A DNA stretch of 63,647 nucleotides, the filler included, from Folioceros fuciformis (taxonomy: Eukaryota), in the NCBI GenBank assembly GCA_049999805.1. It is 4 parts of 4 records of this genome, joined end to end, with 100 filler letters (N's around TTAATTAATTAA, not from the genome) between each part and the next. Parts side by side here need not be neighbours in the genome. Positions count along the whole stretch, not along the records: positions 10,193 to 17,138 come from JBNGIO010005449.1; positions 17,239 to 38,285 come from JBNGIO010005450.1; 2 more parts are not named here. One strand, 5' to 3'. Position 1 is the first letter of the stretch, and the number at the start of each line of letters is the position of its first letter. The translations under genes and the position numbers were made by a program. The notes beneath the pieces were generated by a model that was not told the origin of the DNA, ran no database searches, and saw only the letters and a list, made by a program, of their open reading frames with translations. Of the stretch, positions 11,246 to 23,450 are shown one piece after another.

Positions 11246-14200
11246 TTCTCCCCCACTGCAAGAGGCCTGGTCCTCCAGGCCCTCCAGCTGCTGGCTGAGG
11301 TGGGGAAATCGTCTGCAGACATCTTCTAGCTCCCAACTGGCAGAAGAGTCTGGTTCCTGGCTCCATCCAACCAAGTAATCACGGATAGATCGGTTTATGA
11401 GGTGATGGGTGCGTACCTCCAGGATTCTGTCGGGCTGGACAAGGTTGGTGAGCTGGGGATGGCGGGGTGATCTGTTCCGCTTCTGTGTCCTACTTTCTGG
11501 TTGAGGGGGTGTAACTGATACTGGGGGTTTGGTGGTCGGGTTGGTTGTTGTGGGAGAGCTTGGAGAGTCGTCCTGCGCTGGTGGAGTAGCAAGACTGTTT
11601 GTGGCGGTTAGGGCTTCCAGACTGTCTCGAGTGGCGGGGTCTGCAGGTGGCGGCGGGTCGAGTTGGGCCGGTCTCTGGATCACTAGCTTAAGCATACTCA
11701 CATGGAAGGTGTGACACATGCGCCACCCGGTAGGCAGCTCCAGTATGTAGGCAACTTCGTTGACCTTGCGTAAGATCCTGAAGGGTCCTGCAAATCGATA
11801 CACCAACTTGTGTTTTTGCTGGAGAAGTGACGGATACCTGTGAGGGCGGATTCGCAACCACACCAGTTGTCCGATGCTGTAGGAGATTTCCTGCTTGTGC
11901 TTGTTGCTTGATTTCTTGGCCTGGTCTTGAGCTGACAGGAGATTTTGCTTAGCCTTGTAGACCTCATGCCAGATGTCCTCTACAACCTCGACGACACTTC
12001 TCCACTTGGCGTCGCTAGCTGGCCAGAGTCCGGGTGGTGGTGGATTCTCGCCATACAGCAATTTGAAGGGGGATACTCTTGTGGCGGCGTGCTTGGAGCT
12101 ATTGTAGGCAAACTCGAGGAGGGGTAAGAGTTCCTCTCACTTGCCTTGCTTGTCTTGTGTGTAATGCCGCAGCATGTCTTCAAGCACTTGAATTTGACGC
12201 TCTATCTGACCATCTGACTTGGGGTGGCATGTGGAGGACAAGCTCTGTCGGATGCCTAGGGTTTCAGTGAAGGATCGCCAGAACCCTGCTGTAAACTTGG
12301 GGTCCCGGTCTGAGACAATATTCTGGGGGCACCCGTGAAGCCTGAAGATCTCTTTTGTGAATATGTTGGCCAGTCGTGGAGCTGTAACGTTGGAATTGAC
12401 TGGAATGAAATGGCAGCACTTGGACATTCTGTCCATAACCACCCATATGCTGTCCTTTCCTATACGAGTGCGGGGAAGGGCAGTCACAAAGTCCATGGAG
12501 ATGGACTGGAATCTTCCCTCAGGTATTTGTAAAGGTAACAACAACCCTGGTGTTTTCTGATGCTCTGGTTTTGTCTGTTGACAGGAGGTGCAGCTTCTAA
12601 CCCATTGTATGCAATCATTTCGCAGGCCCTCCCAGTGGAAATGGGTTTTCACCCGCTCATAAATTTTGTCAATACCTAGGTGTCCAGAGATGGGAGAGTC
12701 GTGCAGGATCCCTCTTTGGGTCTCCTTCAGCTGTTTAGGAATTCACCAGTTGACCCTTCTTGTACACACAAGCGTCTTTGAGTTGGTAATTCTGCATCAA
12801 AGCTGTGGGAATGCCTTCTGCTGTGTCTTGTACTAACTGCTGGTAGATCTGTTGCAGGTGTGGATCTCCTGGGATGGCTGCTCGGACGAGCCTGATGGTA
12901 TCTAGTTGAGAGGTCATCAGAGTGAGAGCTTGCCTGCTGAGGGCATCTGCTACCGAGTTAGAGGTTCCAGTGATGTACTTAATCTCAAAGTTAAAATCAG
13001 CTAAGTATTCTAACCACCTCCGCTGTCGTGCATTCAAGTTGGGTTGGGTGAAGAAGTGCTGGAGGGAATGGTGATCCGTGTGCACTGTGAACCTCTGTCC
13101 CAATAGGTAATGTCTCTAGACCTTGAGTGCATGGATGATGACAAGCATTTCTTTGTCATGAACTGGGTAATTAACTTGTGCTCCCTGGAGTTTGTGGGAC
13201 TCGTAGGCAATCGCCCGTCCCTCCTGGGACAGAACAGCCCCAAGGGCAAGATCTGATGCATCTGTGTGCACATGATAGATCCCCTTGGGATCTGCCACCG
13301 CCAAAACCGGCCCTGAGCTCAGAGCCTGTTTCAGTTGGGTGAAGGCTAGCTGTGTTGCTGCATCCAGATTGAAAGATTTGCTGGGGGACTGTTGGTTGCT
13401 GGTGCGTTGGTGAGCCCCATGGGCATAACCACCCACTCATAGTGGCCATGGCGGGTTCTGAATGCTGTCTTGTGCTCATCCCCTTCCTTAACCCGTATCT
13501 GGTAGAAGCCAGAACGTAGGTCAATCTTGGTAAACCATGTAGAACCATGTAGCTGGTCTAGAATCTCATCGATTCTACGCATTTAGTACATGTTCTTCAC
13601 TATGGCCCTATTTAGGCCTCTGTAATCTATACAGAGCCTCCAGCCACCATCTGGCTTGGCCACTAGCAGCACCGGGGCTCCATAAGGTGAGATAGATGGA
13701 CGCACAAAGCCTTGAGCCAAGAAGGCGTCAACTTGTTTTTTTATCTTTGCATTCTCCATGACTGACGTTCGGTATGGTGGAATGCTTACAAGTTTTGAGC
13801 CTGCTACAAGGTCAATGCTATGGTCCACTGGTCGCCTAGGAGGAAGCTCTGCGGGGTCAGCAAACAACTCGTTGAATTCCGTCAACAGTGACTTCATTTC
13901 CTCAGGAAGGGCTTCTTCCTCTTGAACCTTCTTCTCTGCTCGAGTTTTTGCTGTGCCTTCCAATGGGGAGACCTTTTTCAGCTTGGCTATATACAAGAAG
14001 CTGCCATGGGCAGTTGCTTTACGTAAGGTTGAGACAACGAACAAGTGTTTGTCGGGGATGTAGGTTTCTCCTACTAACTTGTATTGCTGGTGGCCCACTT
14101 GCAGACTTACTACATTGTTCAGCTAGTCGATCCTAAGGTGCTGAGAATCGGCAGCTAACCAAGGCTTTCCTACGATCACATCGTGGACTAGGCTAGGCAT

Positions 14201-16507
14201 CACAATGAGCTTTAGCTCCTCAATGTACCCCCCCCGGGAAAGTAAGGTGAGCTTCTACCCACTTCTCTGAGCTAGTATCCTTCTTCCCTAAGGCTGTCAC
14301 CACTGTGGATAGCTGACTGGAGTCCTGGATGTGTAGATTTGCTCTATGAGCCGCAGCTTTAGAGATATAGTGGTGGCTAGCCCCACCGTCCAGTAGGGCT
14401 GTGACCGTGACGCCCTCCAACTGCATCCTGAACTTGAGGAGGACATGGTGCAGGGTACAAGCATTTAACAAACAGCAACCATTGCAAGCTTTCGGGGCAC
14501 CTGATGAGGGCTCTTCTACAACTTCCTTGAGGGTGACCAAATGGCTGCTGCGGGGGTAGGGGTTGCTGCAAACGGGGCCGTTCCTGGTGGTGTTGCCTGT
14601 CTCCTTCAACCAAGCAATGAACTCCTTACGGTGTAGGCAATTTTGAGAACCATGGTCAGTACCTGCACAAGTAAAACACATTTTTTTGTCGTTGTATTCC
14701 TTCTTCTCCTCTTCTGCCAGGATCTTGAACATAGGTTTTTTGTTCACCACATTGGCTGTCCTCCCAAACTTCGGTCTCTGACCCGTGGGTGTGCCCAAGT
14801 GCTTGTACTTGTTCAGGCCATAGTTCATGGCAGCTCGGATCGCCTCTACCAGAGTTCCAAGATTTGTCTGGTTGACGTCTGTGCGTAGTTCAAACCGGAG
14901 TCCGTCAATGAACTTTTCCACCTTCTGCTCTTCGTCCAGCCACGGCATATCCAGGGTGAGTTGGAGGAACTTGTCGCAATACTCCTGCACACTGCCTTGT
15001 TGATAAATTTTCCTAAACTGATGATACAGCTCCTTCCTATGGTTGACGGGAAGGAACTGTTCCAGGAAAATTTGGCGGAATAGGGGCCATGAGTACACCG
15101 GGGACTCCACTCCAAGGTCCACCTGTTTCTCCCGCTGTCGCCACCAGCGATATGCATATCCATCCAAGGACATCACACTGAACTGAATCTTCTGGAGGCC
15201 ATCCTTCTAACTGGCTCCGAGGTACTTGTCCATCTTATCCAGCCAGTCGTACACGCTTTGGGCTTCCTTGGCTTGGCCGTCAAAAGTGGTGGTCCTGATT
15301 TTCAGTTGGAGCTCTCGATCTAGTTGTGGTTTGGGCTTGAACAAGTACTCCTGTTCTTCAGGTGCTCCTCCTCCTGCTTTACCTCGTTGTCGCTCCTAGT
15401 GTTCATACCGCATCAGCTGTAACCTCTTGACCATCGCCTTGATGTCCTTGTCCTCCTTCTCTGCAGGTGTGAGTTCGATTTCGAGCCTCCTCTTCTCTTC
15501 CTGCTTGACACTCAACTCCCTATCTTGGGAAAGCCCCGAGGAAACTCCCTTCATTTCTCCAATCTCCCTTTTGCTTGCAGTGCCTTCAACAGGCGTCTTC
15601 AACCGACGAGTGGAGCCGAGTGGAGGCGTTGGGGGACTGGACGTGGGAGGCGGGGACTATTCCAACGACTGGAGCACCCCATCGAGTTGTCTTTCCAGAC
15701 GGGCTTGTCCCTCCCCCACTTGCGACTCAACCCGAGTCAGCGAGGTTTCTACCTTCTCCAGTTTCGAGTTTTGCCGAGACAGGGCATTGTACAGTTCAGC
15801 ACAAGTGCGTTCTACGCTCTCCGTTTTGTCTTCCAACCTTTGTAGAAGGTCGCCCGGTGTCGGTTCTCCCTGTTCGAGGGCTGACCTACCTGGATTGTGG
15901 ATGGGTGCAGGTTGGGATTCCGTGTGGGCGCTCCGCTTCCTCAGGTGGCCTAGCCTCCTGGCCACAGGTTCACTGGCGTATTCAACGGCACTCGCATCCA
16001 CTCCCACCTCCCCCTTCTCGTCTTCCATCGCCGGGAGGGTGTCCGCCATCCCGCGGCGTCGCCTTCCAAGTTCTTCCTCCCGCAATGGAGCATGCAGGGT
16101 GAATTCTTCTTCTTGCCGGGTTCTCGATCGCAGGCGTCCTGCGATCCCTCTGGGTGAGTCTTCTCCCTCACTCCCGCTGGACGTCGCCCGCAGGACAATC
16201 TGCAACCTCCTGGGTACGAAATCGCTCATGGTTTTCTTTGTCCTGCAGGAACAAGGTGGTGCTGTCTCTTCTATTCAGGATCTTTCCAAGGAAATTTCGA
16301 ACTCCTCTCTCTGGTCCGCTAGAGCACTAATGTTGGGCGACCCAACAGGTAGGCTCCCTGGTTGGGCGCTGCTGTTTCTCTTCAGTATCTTGCGCCTGAC
16401 TCTGTGAATTCTTGATGTTGGTCAGGTCGCCACAAATCGCCGCTGGTTCTGGTGTGAGGCGCCCTGCCAACTCTACTCCTCTTCGATTGGATTTGCAGTA
16501 GAATTCG

Positions 16508-16519
16508 GCTCCGATACCA
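16508..16519 (-). promoter_or_regulatory. Primer-binding site, tRNA-iMet type (TGGTATCGGAGC)
   Basis: Lies 2 nt from the 5' LTR end (...GTGACA-CT-TGGTATCGGAGC). Confidence 0.85.
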
Positions 16520-16521
16520 AG

Positions 16522-16830
16522 TGTCACGCTCTCGATTCCTAGACCCAGCTAGATTTCCAGGGTCGGATCCAAAATTCATGAAGGAGCTGTCTTAGATAGG
16601 CTATCTTTAGGTTCCGGGTCCAGGGCCTAAGAAGGTTGGTCTTGGTTCAGGCCAAGAAGGCCCAAACAACGGACTCTAACTACTTCCTAAAGTAAATTGG
16701 TAATTATCCTAATTATTCTAATTACCCTAGCTTAAGTGACGCTTACAAATAGCTCATCTAAGTATACTTTATCTAGCATGCCTTTTCTCATACCCGTTCG
16801 AGTTCACACCGTCATAATCGGGAATCGGGA
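16522..16830 (-). repeat. 5' LTR of the chromovirus (truncated). Unrelated sequence starting TGTAAC at 16836 may be a nested LTR
   Basis: Near-identical to parts of 10393-11130. Similarity stops at about 16830. Confidence 0.8.
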
Positions 16831-17239
16831 GTTCATGTAACCCAGGCCTGAACGTCTCTCCCTTCCCACGACAATCAGTTCCATTTTTGTTTCTCTTGGC
16901 CATCCATTCTAACCAAAAGGCGGCACTGCTTTAAGGATACAAGATTTGATTGGGTACGTAGCGTAGTCACCAAGAGAAGCAGTTGGACTCATTCTCAAAA
17001 AAGTTGTGAATCACCCTAGACCCTGAACAGGTCGCAGCTACATCACTCACGAGTGTGGAAAGAGAACAGTAACCGAACCAACTCAGTTTATGTACGAGCT
17101 GCGCATCATCGGCCTTGCTGAGACGTCGGCGGGAGAGGNNNNNNNNNNNNNNNNNNNNNNNNNNNNNNNNNNNNNNNNNNNNTTAATTAATTAANNNNNN
17201 NNNNNNNNNNNNNNNNNNNNNNNNNNNNNNNNNNNNNNA

Positions 17240-17790
17240 ACAGGATTGACCCCTACTATGTCTACACAAGAATTTGTTGATTATGAGGTGACAAATGCAT
17301 GTGCCATCTTTTCTACTCCGGATGCAGATGATATATGGGCTTCTATTCAACCTCCACCCGAAAACGAAGTTGTCGATGTTGAAAATTCTTTTGAAGAATA
17401 TTATGACGAAAGGCCTATTTTATGTTGTGCTCAAGTAGAAGATGCACTTGGGGTGATACACATGTTTTTGGAGCAACAACCAAACGATATGATGTCTACA
17501 ATTAGGAATTTGCAACAAATCGAGAAAGAAGTTTTAAAGCAAGTTAGGTCCTCTNNNNNNNNNNNNNNNNNNNNNNNNNNNNNNNNNNNNNNNNNNNNNN
17601 NNNNNNNNNNNNNNNNNNNNNNNNNNNNNNNNNNNNNNNNNNNNNNNNNNNNNNATATATTTAAAATATTTTCAATAAATTTAATAATTTTATTTTTGAT
17701 AAATACTTAAATTCTCTATATGTTAGACCTCCTTAAATGTTACCCAATGCCCTACTCCCAACAGGTAACATTTAGGGAGGGTGGACTGTA
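17240..17790 (+). mobile_element. Probable pogo/Tigger-like DNA transposon 3' remnant
   Basis: Acidic transposase-tail-like ORF (EFVDYE...DDIWASIQPPPENE...VEDAL) and a terminus GGAGGGTGGACTG-TA (reverse complement TA-CAGTCC...). Confidence 0.5.
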
Positions 17791-18109
17791 TCCCGCGACG
17801 GCTTGGGAGATTTTAATATGTAAGGGGCACACGCAAAGGAAGAAAGCGGACAGGCGATTTAAAGAGCGTGCCTGTTTTCCCAGACCGACGGACGACTGTT
17901 AAACAGATGGGCTGATACATTTGACGCCAGCTCAGATCTCCACGACTAGAGCCTTAATGCCCGGAGCGAGCGCAGCCTTTCATGATCAGTTCGTCCCTTT
18001 CCGCAAAAAGTCCTCTGCATCCTGGTCCATGGTATGTAGGATGAGGCCCAGGGATTTCGAGCTTCCACCCGGCTGCTCCTGGTTCTGGTCGCCCTGCTGC
18101 TGCTGTCAC

Positions 18110-19210
18110 AGTGCTGTGCGCTTGCTGCTTGCTGGTGCGGCCAGCAAGAGCCAGGTAGCCGGGGCAGTCAAAGCAGCCAAGCCACGTCGGGCTGATCTCG
18201 ATTTTGAGGATGACGACTACGACACAACGTGCCCCGGGGCGTAGATCACCTTCGCACGGGCTGTTGCAGCCGGCACAGCCTAGGATCCTGGGGCTGCGCC
18301 ATGGCTTATCCGAACTCAGTTCCACGCTGATTCGGCAACCTTGTAAGCGATGTAGACGGCGGATACAGTGTTTCTGTCAATGAACACCGTCTCCGTACGC
18401 TTCCGAATGCTCAGCTTCAAGGGCTTCGATTGTAAATCACTGTGGTCGGTGAAAGGGGAAGAAATGCAAATGATGCCTCCGTGCTCCTGGTCCCTTCGTC
18501 CGACAACTCGGATCTCGGGAAGAAATCCATATCCAACTTATCCTTCCGAGTAGGTGACGTGATCGACAACGCCAAGGCCGCTGTGGAAGCGGAGTGCAAG
18601 GGAGTTGTGTCGTGTGCCGGAATGCCGTTGCTCTGGATGGCCCTTTCAGTCCTCCGAGCCCTGCTACGTATTTCGCTCTTCTTCTACTGGTGCCATGGCT
18701 TGTGCGACAGAGCTAGGGACAGCGCTCTGACATTTGCTGCCCTGGACGATCGCGGAATTAGAGGAATGCACACCCGGGGATGTTGGTACCCGGTGTCCGA
18801 CGGCCGGAAGGACGGCAGAGTTTCGCAGAAGCTGGACGCGGACGCCAACTTGCCAGCCCCATTCTCCGACGTCGATACTCATCCTGAAGTTCCAAAAGGG
18901 CGGCATCGGCGTGGCTGACATTGTCACGCTCTCTGCTGAGCAATTGTGTTAACCGTGTTCAGTCTCTGGCACTTGACCACCCGCGTCTGTAGGGCTGGAT
19001 ATTGACCTGCTGGGCGTGGCAGGCATCCTGATCTGAGGATCCGATACGGTGGGATCTGGACATTGCTTTCAGGAGCTCCTCTTCAGCACCACCATGGACA
19101 TCGTCCACCTGGACCCGACGATGCCCCCAAATTGCCCCCTTCTCCAACGGCAACATCTTCACGAATAAGGAGCTGGTCACTTCCAACAGGTTCGATACGG
19201 TTCACCTGGG
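18110..19210 (+). pseudogene. Class III peroxidase pseudogene
   Basis: YDTTCPGA*, LIRTQFH (eroded RLHFHD), DASVLL, VIDNAKAAVEAECKGVVSCA, GRKDGRVS...NLPAP, DIVTLS and NRFD. In-frame TAG at 18242-18244 plus frameshifts. Confidence 0.85.
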
Positions 19211-19926
19211 ATTAACAGCTGCTCCAGGATTCCAGAACCCGAAACCAGGTTCTGCGCTACGCCTCCGACAGAGCAGCGGTTGTCCGTGATTATTCGGGGG
19301 CTGTCATCCGCAGGGGTGTGATCGGCGTCTCCACTACCTCGAGGTCTGCCTCAACTGCGGCAGCATCAACTGAAAGGAAAGGGAAGGAGTGGTTGGCGGC
19401 CATGCTTACAAAGTTTTCCCGCCGGCAACAGCCTTCGTCAATGCCCGCCTTGGTACACTATCCGATCCATAGCTCCAACTTCCCCAAATCGCTCCCAGTA
19501 CTGCCATCACCAGTAGGCTAGAGGATCGAACAGCTGTCAGTGCAATTGTCTCAGCTGTAAGCAACGGTTGGAATCAGCATTTCATGTATGGAGGATTGAA
19601 GATCACGGTAGTGAAACTTTGAAATCGGAATGGGCATGACCAAATGTCGTAGCCTTGCTACACTGTTGTCACTAAAGCCCTAAACCCAACAAACAAGTAG
19701 CAATTCTGTTCAAACCCATAGGCTCCGGTGCAGAATCTCGCATCGTTTTCTCACGGGCTTTGACTCAGAGCTGCGAGGTGCATTCGCATTCTCTGTCTCT
19801 GGTTGCTCAGCAGATTAGGAAATGATGCACTTGCCAATGCTTCATCTTCACTGAGGGGGCCTCGTTGAATTCTGACTCCAATGCTGCTGGCTCCAGGTCC
19901 CGGTAGTGGTGATAGGTGTTGGCACC

Positions 19927-22900
19927 ATGTCGGGTGGATTCAAGGTGGATGAGACGATTAAGCAGGTTGCTGTTGCGGTCGGGGTGGTGGCTGCAACTGG
20001 CTATGGGAAGTTGGTGGCCGTCGTGAGTCGGAAATACAAGCGGAACCGCATCCGCCAATCCGCGAGGAGAGGCTTGTCTTTGTTGTTGCCACCCCCCTGG
20101 CATCCTTCAACGCTGTACGTAGTCGATCGCTGCTTCGGAAGTATGTGGATGCAGGATCTGTGAGTGGCAGTAAGCTTGGAGCCTGAGACTCGTGATCTCT
20201 GTGTATTTGTTTGCAAACTGAAGGACGCCGCTCCTTGCAAACAAGCGGGAATGTGCAGAGAGGGAATGGAAGTGCTGGATGCTGTTTTGAGGGAGTTGGC
20301 GGACATGTCTTCGGAGTNNNNNNNNNNNNNNNNNNNNNNNNNNNNNNNNNNNNNNNNNNNNNNNNNNNNNNNNNNNNNNNNNNNNNNNNNNNNNNNNNNN
20401 NNNNNNNNNNNNNNNNNTGTGTGTCCACCTCGTCACCAAGCATCTGAAATTTTGGAAGGCCCGTGCTCAGGTACTGCTGTGCCGCTGCGCTACCTTATTA
20501 GCTTGCTGGAGATTGCTAAGGTTGCCTTCTTACGCATTGTCGTCTGTTGACAAAATCATGTCCCTTGGCATTTCGTGCAGGGTAATCGAAGTGCTAAGCT
20601 GAGATTCATGGTGCTGGAGCGAGGTCCCTGGGCTCTTGCTCAGGCCATCATTCACTTTCTGCTTGCTCTCACTCGGAAAAAGTCGGCAACTGATGAATTA
20701 GTCACTGCAGCGTCAACTCGGATAACTGAACGAATTACTATGCTTTCTCTACTGCAGTCTCGGATTGCAGCTATTCTAGCCGAGGTATTTTGTCACAGGA
20801 TTTCAATGTGCAAAACACATGAACCTGTGTGCTTACTCAACAGTGTTTCTGTTGTAGATTCATGTAGAAGTGGACAAATTAGGAGATGAAGTTCAAAAAG
20901 GCCAGGGTCGACAAGCTGTGGCTGCAAGCTTGCTGGCCATACATGAGGCCATGCATACTCTGAAAGGCGCCTATCAACTCCCACAGGCACGTGACATTCA
21001 TGAGTCCCCGGCAGCGGGTACACAATGTTTCATCTCTGTTTAGCCAGTGATGTGTTGTCGTTCCCATTGCTGGCAGGACGACTACCATGTAACCAGTGAC
21101 AACAGTTCAGCCGCAACAATCAAGATAGAAGTGGAAAAAATGCCTGAACATTTGTTGACAAAAGCTGAGTGGGCCGATGCTGAAATAGCAGATATTTTGA
21201 AGTTACTGCGGTGGAACCTGGAACAGGTTGAGGAGGGGCTGACAATCCTTGTAAGTTACTACTTACAACCTCTGGAGCTGGATCCTTTCCTCTTTGTCAT
21301 TAGGTTTTTTGAGAGCTATCTCGCTGGCGACCTTGTTGTAGATGATGGGATATCGAAGGCCACGAAAAGTTATCCGAAACTGGGTCCACTTCACTGGAGG
21401 GTTGTTGATCGTCGGTGCCTTTGCGGGATGGCTTATGCAGCACAGTCGCTGGGGAGACAGTGATGACCTTGATAGATGGATGCAGGAAGGTACGGAGGCA
21501 ATCCGGTTTTTTCTAAAAGAGCATGTTGAACAACCGGTAACTCACTCACTCCAATTGAAACTACAAAAGTCCTGTGTGCTGATTGCTTTTGCTATTCGAC
21601 ATTCTGTCTCCGTGTAGGTCTCTTATGGCATTTTTTGTTTCTAGGCCCTGGCTATTAGAGATGAACTGTTCGACACCTTCCGAAAGCGCCATCCAGGTGC
21701 AGTAGAACTGGATGATGTACAGATCACTGCAGAATCTCTGCGAAGGTATACTTGATGCTCTAAATGTTTTGAGTCTCCATTGCTTCATCCAACCTTCAGA
21801 TTTCTTCATTGTGGTTGATGTTGAGGGGGACCATGTCCCCTACGTCGGTTCCCACAGGATGCTAAGAGACTTCGCTGAGCACGTTCTGGGTGAAATGATA
21901 GATGAGAAGCTTTCCGAACAGCAGCTTATGGAACTAATGATTGTCAGGTTCATTCTGCACTTGCCACACACTTTTTACTCTGTCGTTGGGCAACAACTGA
22001 CCCAAATAGTAACCAGAAGACCAGTGCTCCCCAGCAAGGGCCACATAACAGTGTTAGCCAAGGGCGCATTGGGATGAAGCTGCTGGTTTGAGACTACTAT
22101 GTAGATGTTTACCAATGAGCTTTGATTAGCAGTAGTTTTGCCTTCTTGCTTTCTTTTCTTTTGCTGGCAGATATGAGAAGGAGCTCCCACATCCTCTGCG
22201 CAACTTCTTCACTGGTGACCTTGTTCGATCCTTGCTCATCCAGGTACGTAGGAAATAGTTCCGCCTTTGCAAAGAATGCAGTCTTGCTTTGAGTGGTTAC
22301 TCTAGTGGCTTTGCATTTTGCAGGTGCAAAAGCTGAAGCTGGATATAGAAACGTACGCTCTCTGCTTTTTGTGTGCCACCCTGCGAGCACACAGTGATTG
22401 GTGGACTTAGCTCAGGGCTCAAGTCTGTCCACGATCCTGCACCCATAGCACTGACTGTGATTTTGCAGGGCCATGCTAGAGCTCAACCAGATCCTCCGTG
22501 CAAATGAGATCAACTTTGCTATTCTTGCTGGATTGCCGGCTCTGCTGTCTGTATTCCTCGTGGTGTATACAATAAGGTGGTCATTAAGCCAGGTGTGTAT
22601 CTCATATATACCAGGCTTTCTAGTGATTTAAATACTTCCTTTTCTGTCAGGTGAGTGTTTTCCATCTTGCAATGTACTGGAATAGACCTTGTGTTGCCCA
22701 TGCACATTTTGAATATGCTCGGGGTTGTTATGTAAGCTAACGGCAACTTCTTTCACAGAGGAGGAGTGCTGAAGGTCGTGGGAGAGCGGCGCAGTTGTAT
22801 AGACGTATGCTGGCAGCAGATGCGGAGAAGAGGATAATTATGATCCAGGTGTTGATTGACAAGGGGGAGGTATTTACTTCAACTCACGAGACTTACCGTT

Positions 22901-23255
22901 TCTTTTAAACTAGTGCAGTTGCTTATGCATCCGTTCTACACATTCTGGCAGATCGAAGAAAGTCAGTGGCAATTTGGGATGTTGATTTACGTGCTGGACA
23001 GGCTGAGCCGAGTGGTTCGCAAATCGGCACTCTCGATTGGAGAGTGGAGAAGGTAAGCAGACATGGATTACTGTATTACTTTGACTGCAAGTCATGTTAT
23101 GATCAATTTCGCCTGTAACAACGAAGTGTCTTGGCAGCATCCGCGACGACATACTTTTGCTTGCTAACCCCAGACTTGCTACTCAGTACAAGCTTGTTCT
23201 CACTGCCCGGATGGGACGCATATATGAGTGCCTTATCCCAGTCCCGAAAATTTGA
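19927..23255 (+). CDS. DGS1: DGS1-like mitochondrial outer-membrane protein (NCA2 domain), multi-exon; start and some exon borders approximate
   Basis: Exons translate to HVEQP, AIRDELFDTFRKRH, AMLELNQILRANEINFAILAGLP, FGMLIYVLDRL and end with GRIYECLIPVPKI*. Confidence 0.85.
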
Positions 23256-23450
23256 CCATGATGGAGTTGGTTGAGTTAGATTGAATGTGGGCGAATACTT
23301 CCAACAAATTATGATACAATCCTTAAGCTACTTTTGATAAAAACTCGCGCCGCAGTTCAATCGCTAAGTGCTCCATCTTTGTGGGTTGACAAGGGGCTAC
23401 ATGCCGTTCAGAGACGGTAATGTGATAATTTCCTGCCCAATAGTGCAATA

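Larger units (their letters stand above)
10393..16830 (-). mobile_element. Degenerate Ty3/gypsy chromovirus LTR retrotransposon (gag-PR-RT-RH-IN-chromodomain)
   Basis: Gag with CX2CX4HX4C (CFTCAGTDHGSQNC); protease [42 protein letters not shown]; RNase H TDASD; integrase ISMDFV, VSDRDPKF; GPF motif; chromodomain YLVGW...SASWE. Matching LTRs on both sides; several stops and frameshifts. Confidence 0.95.

Noticed and set aside
15427-16407. 326-aa plus-strand ORF
   Set aside because: It is antisense to the gag-region ORFs of the retrotransposon, Ser-rich and has no recognisable motif; probably a shadow ORF.
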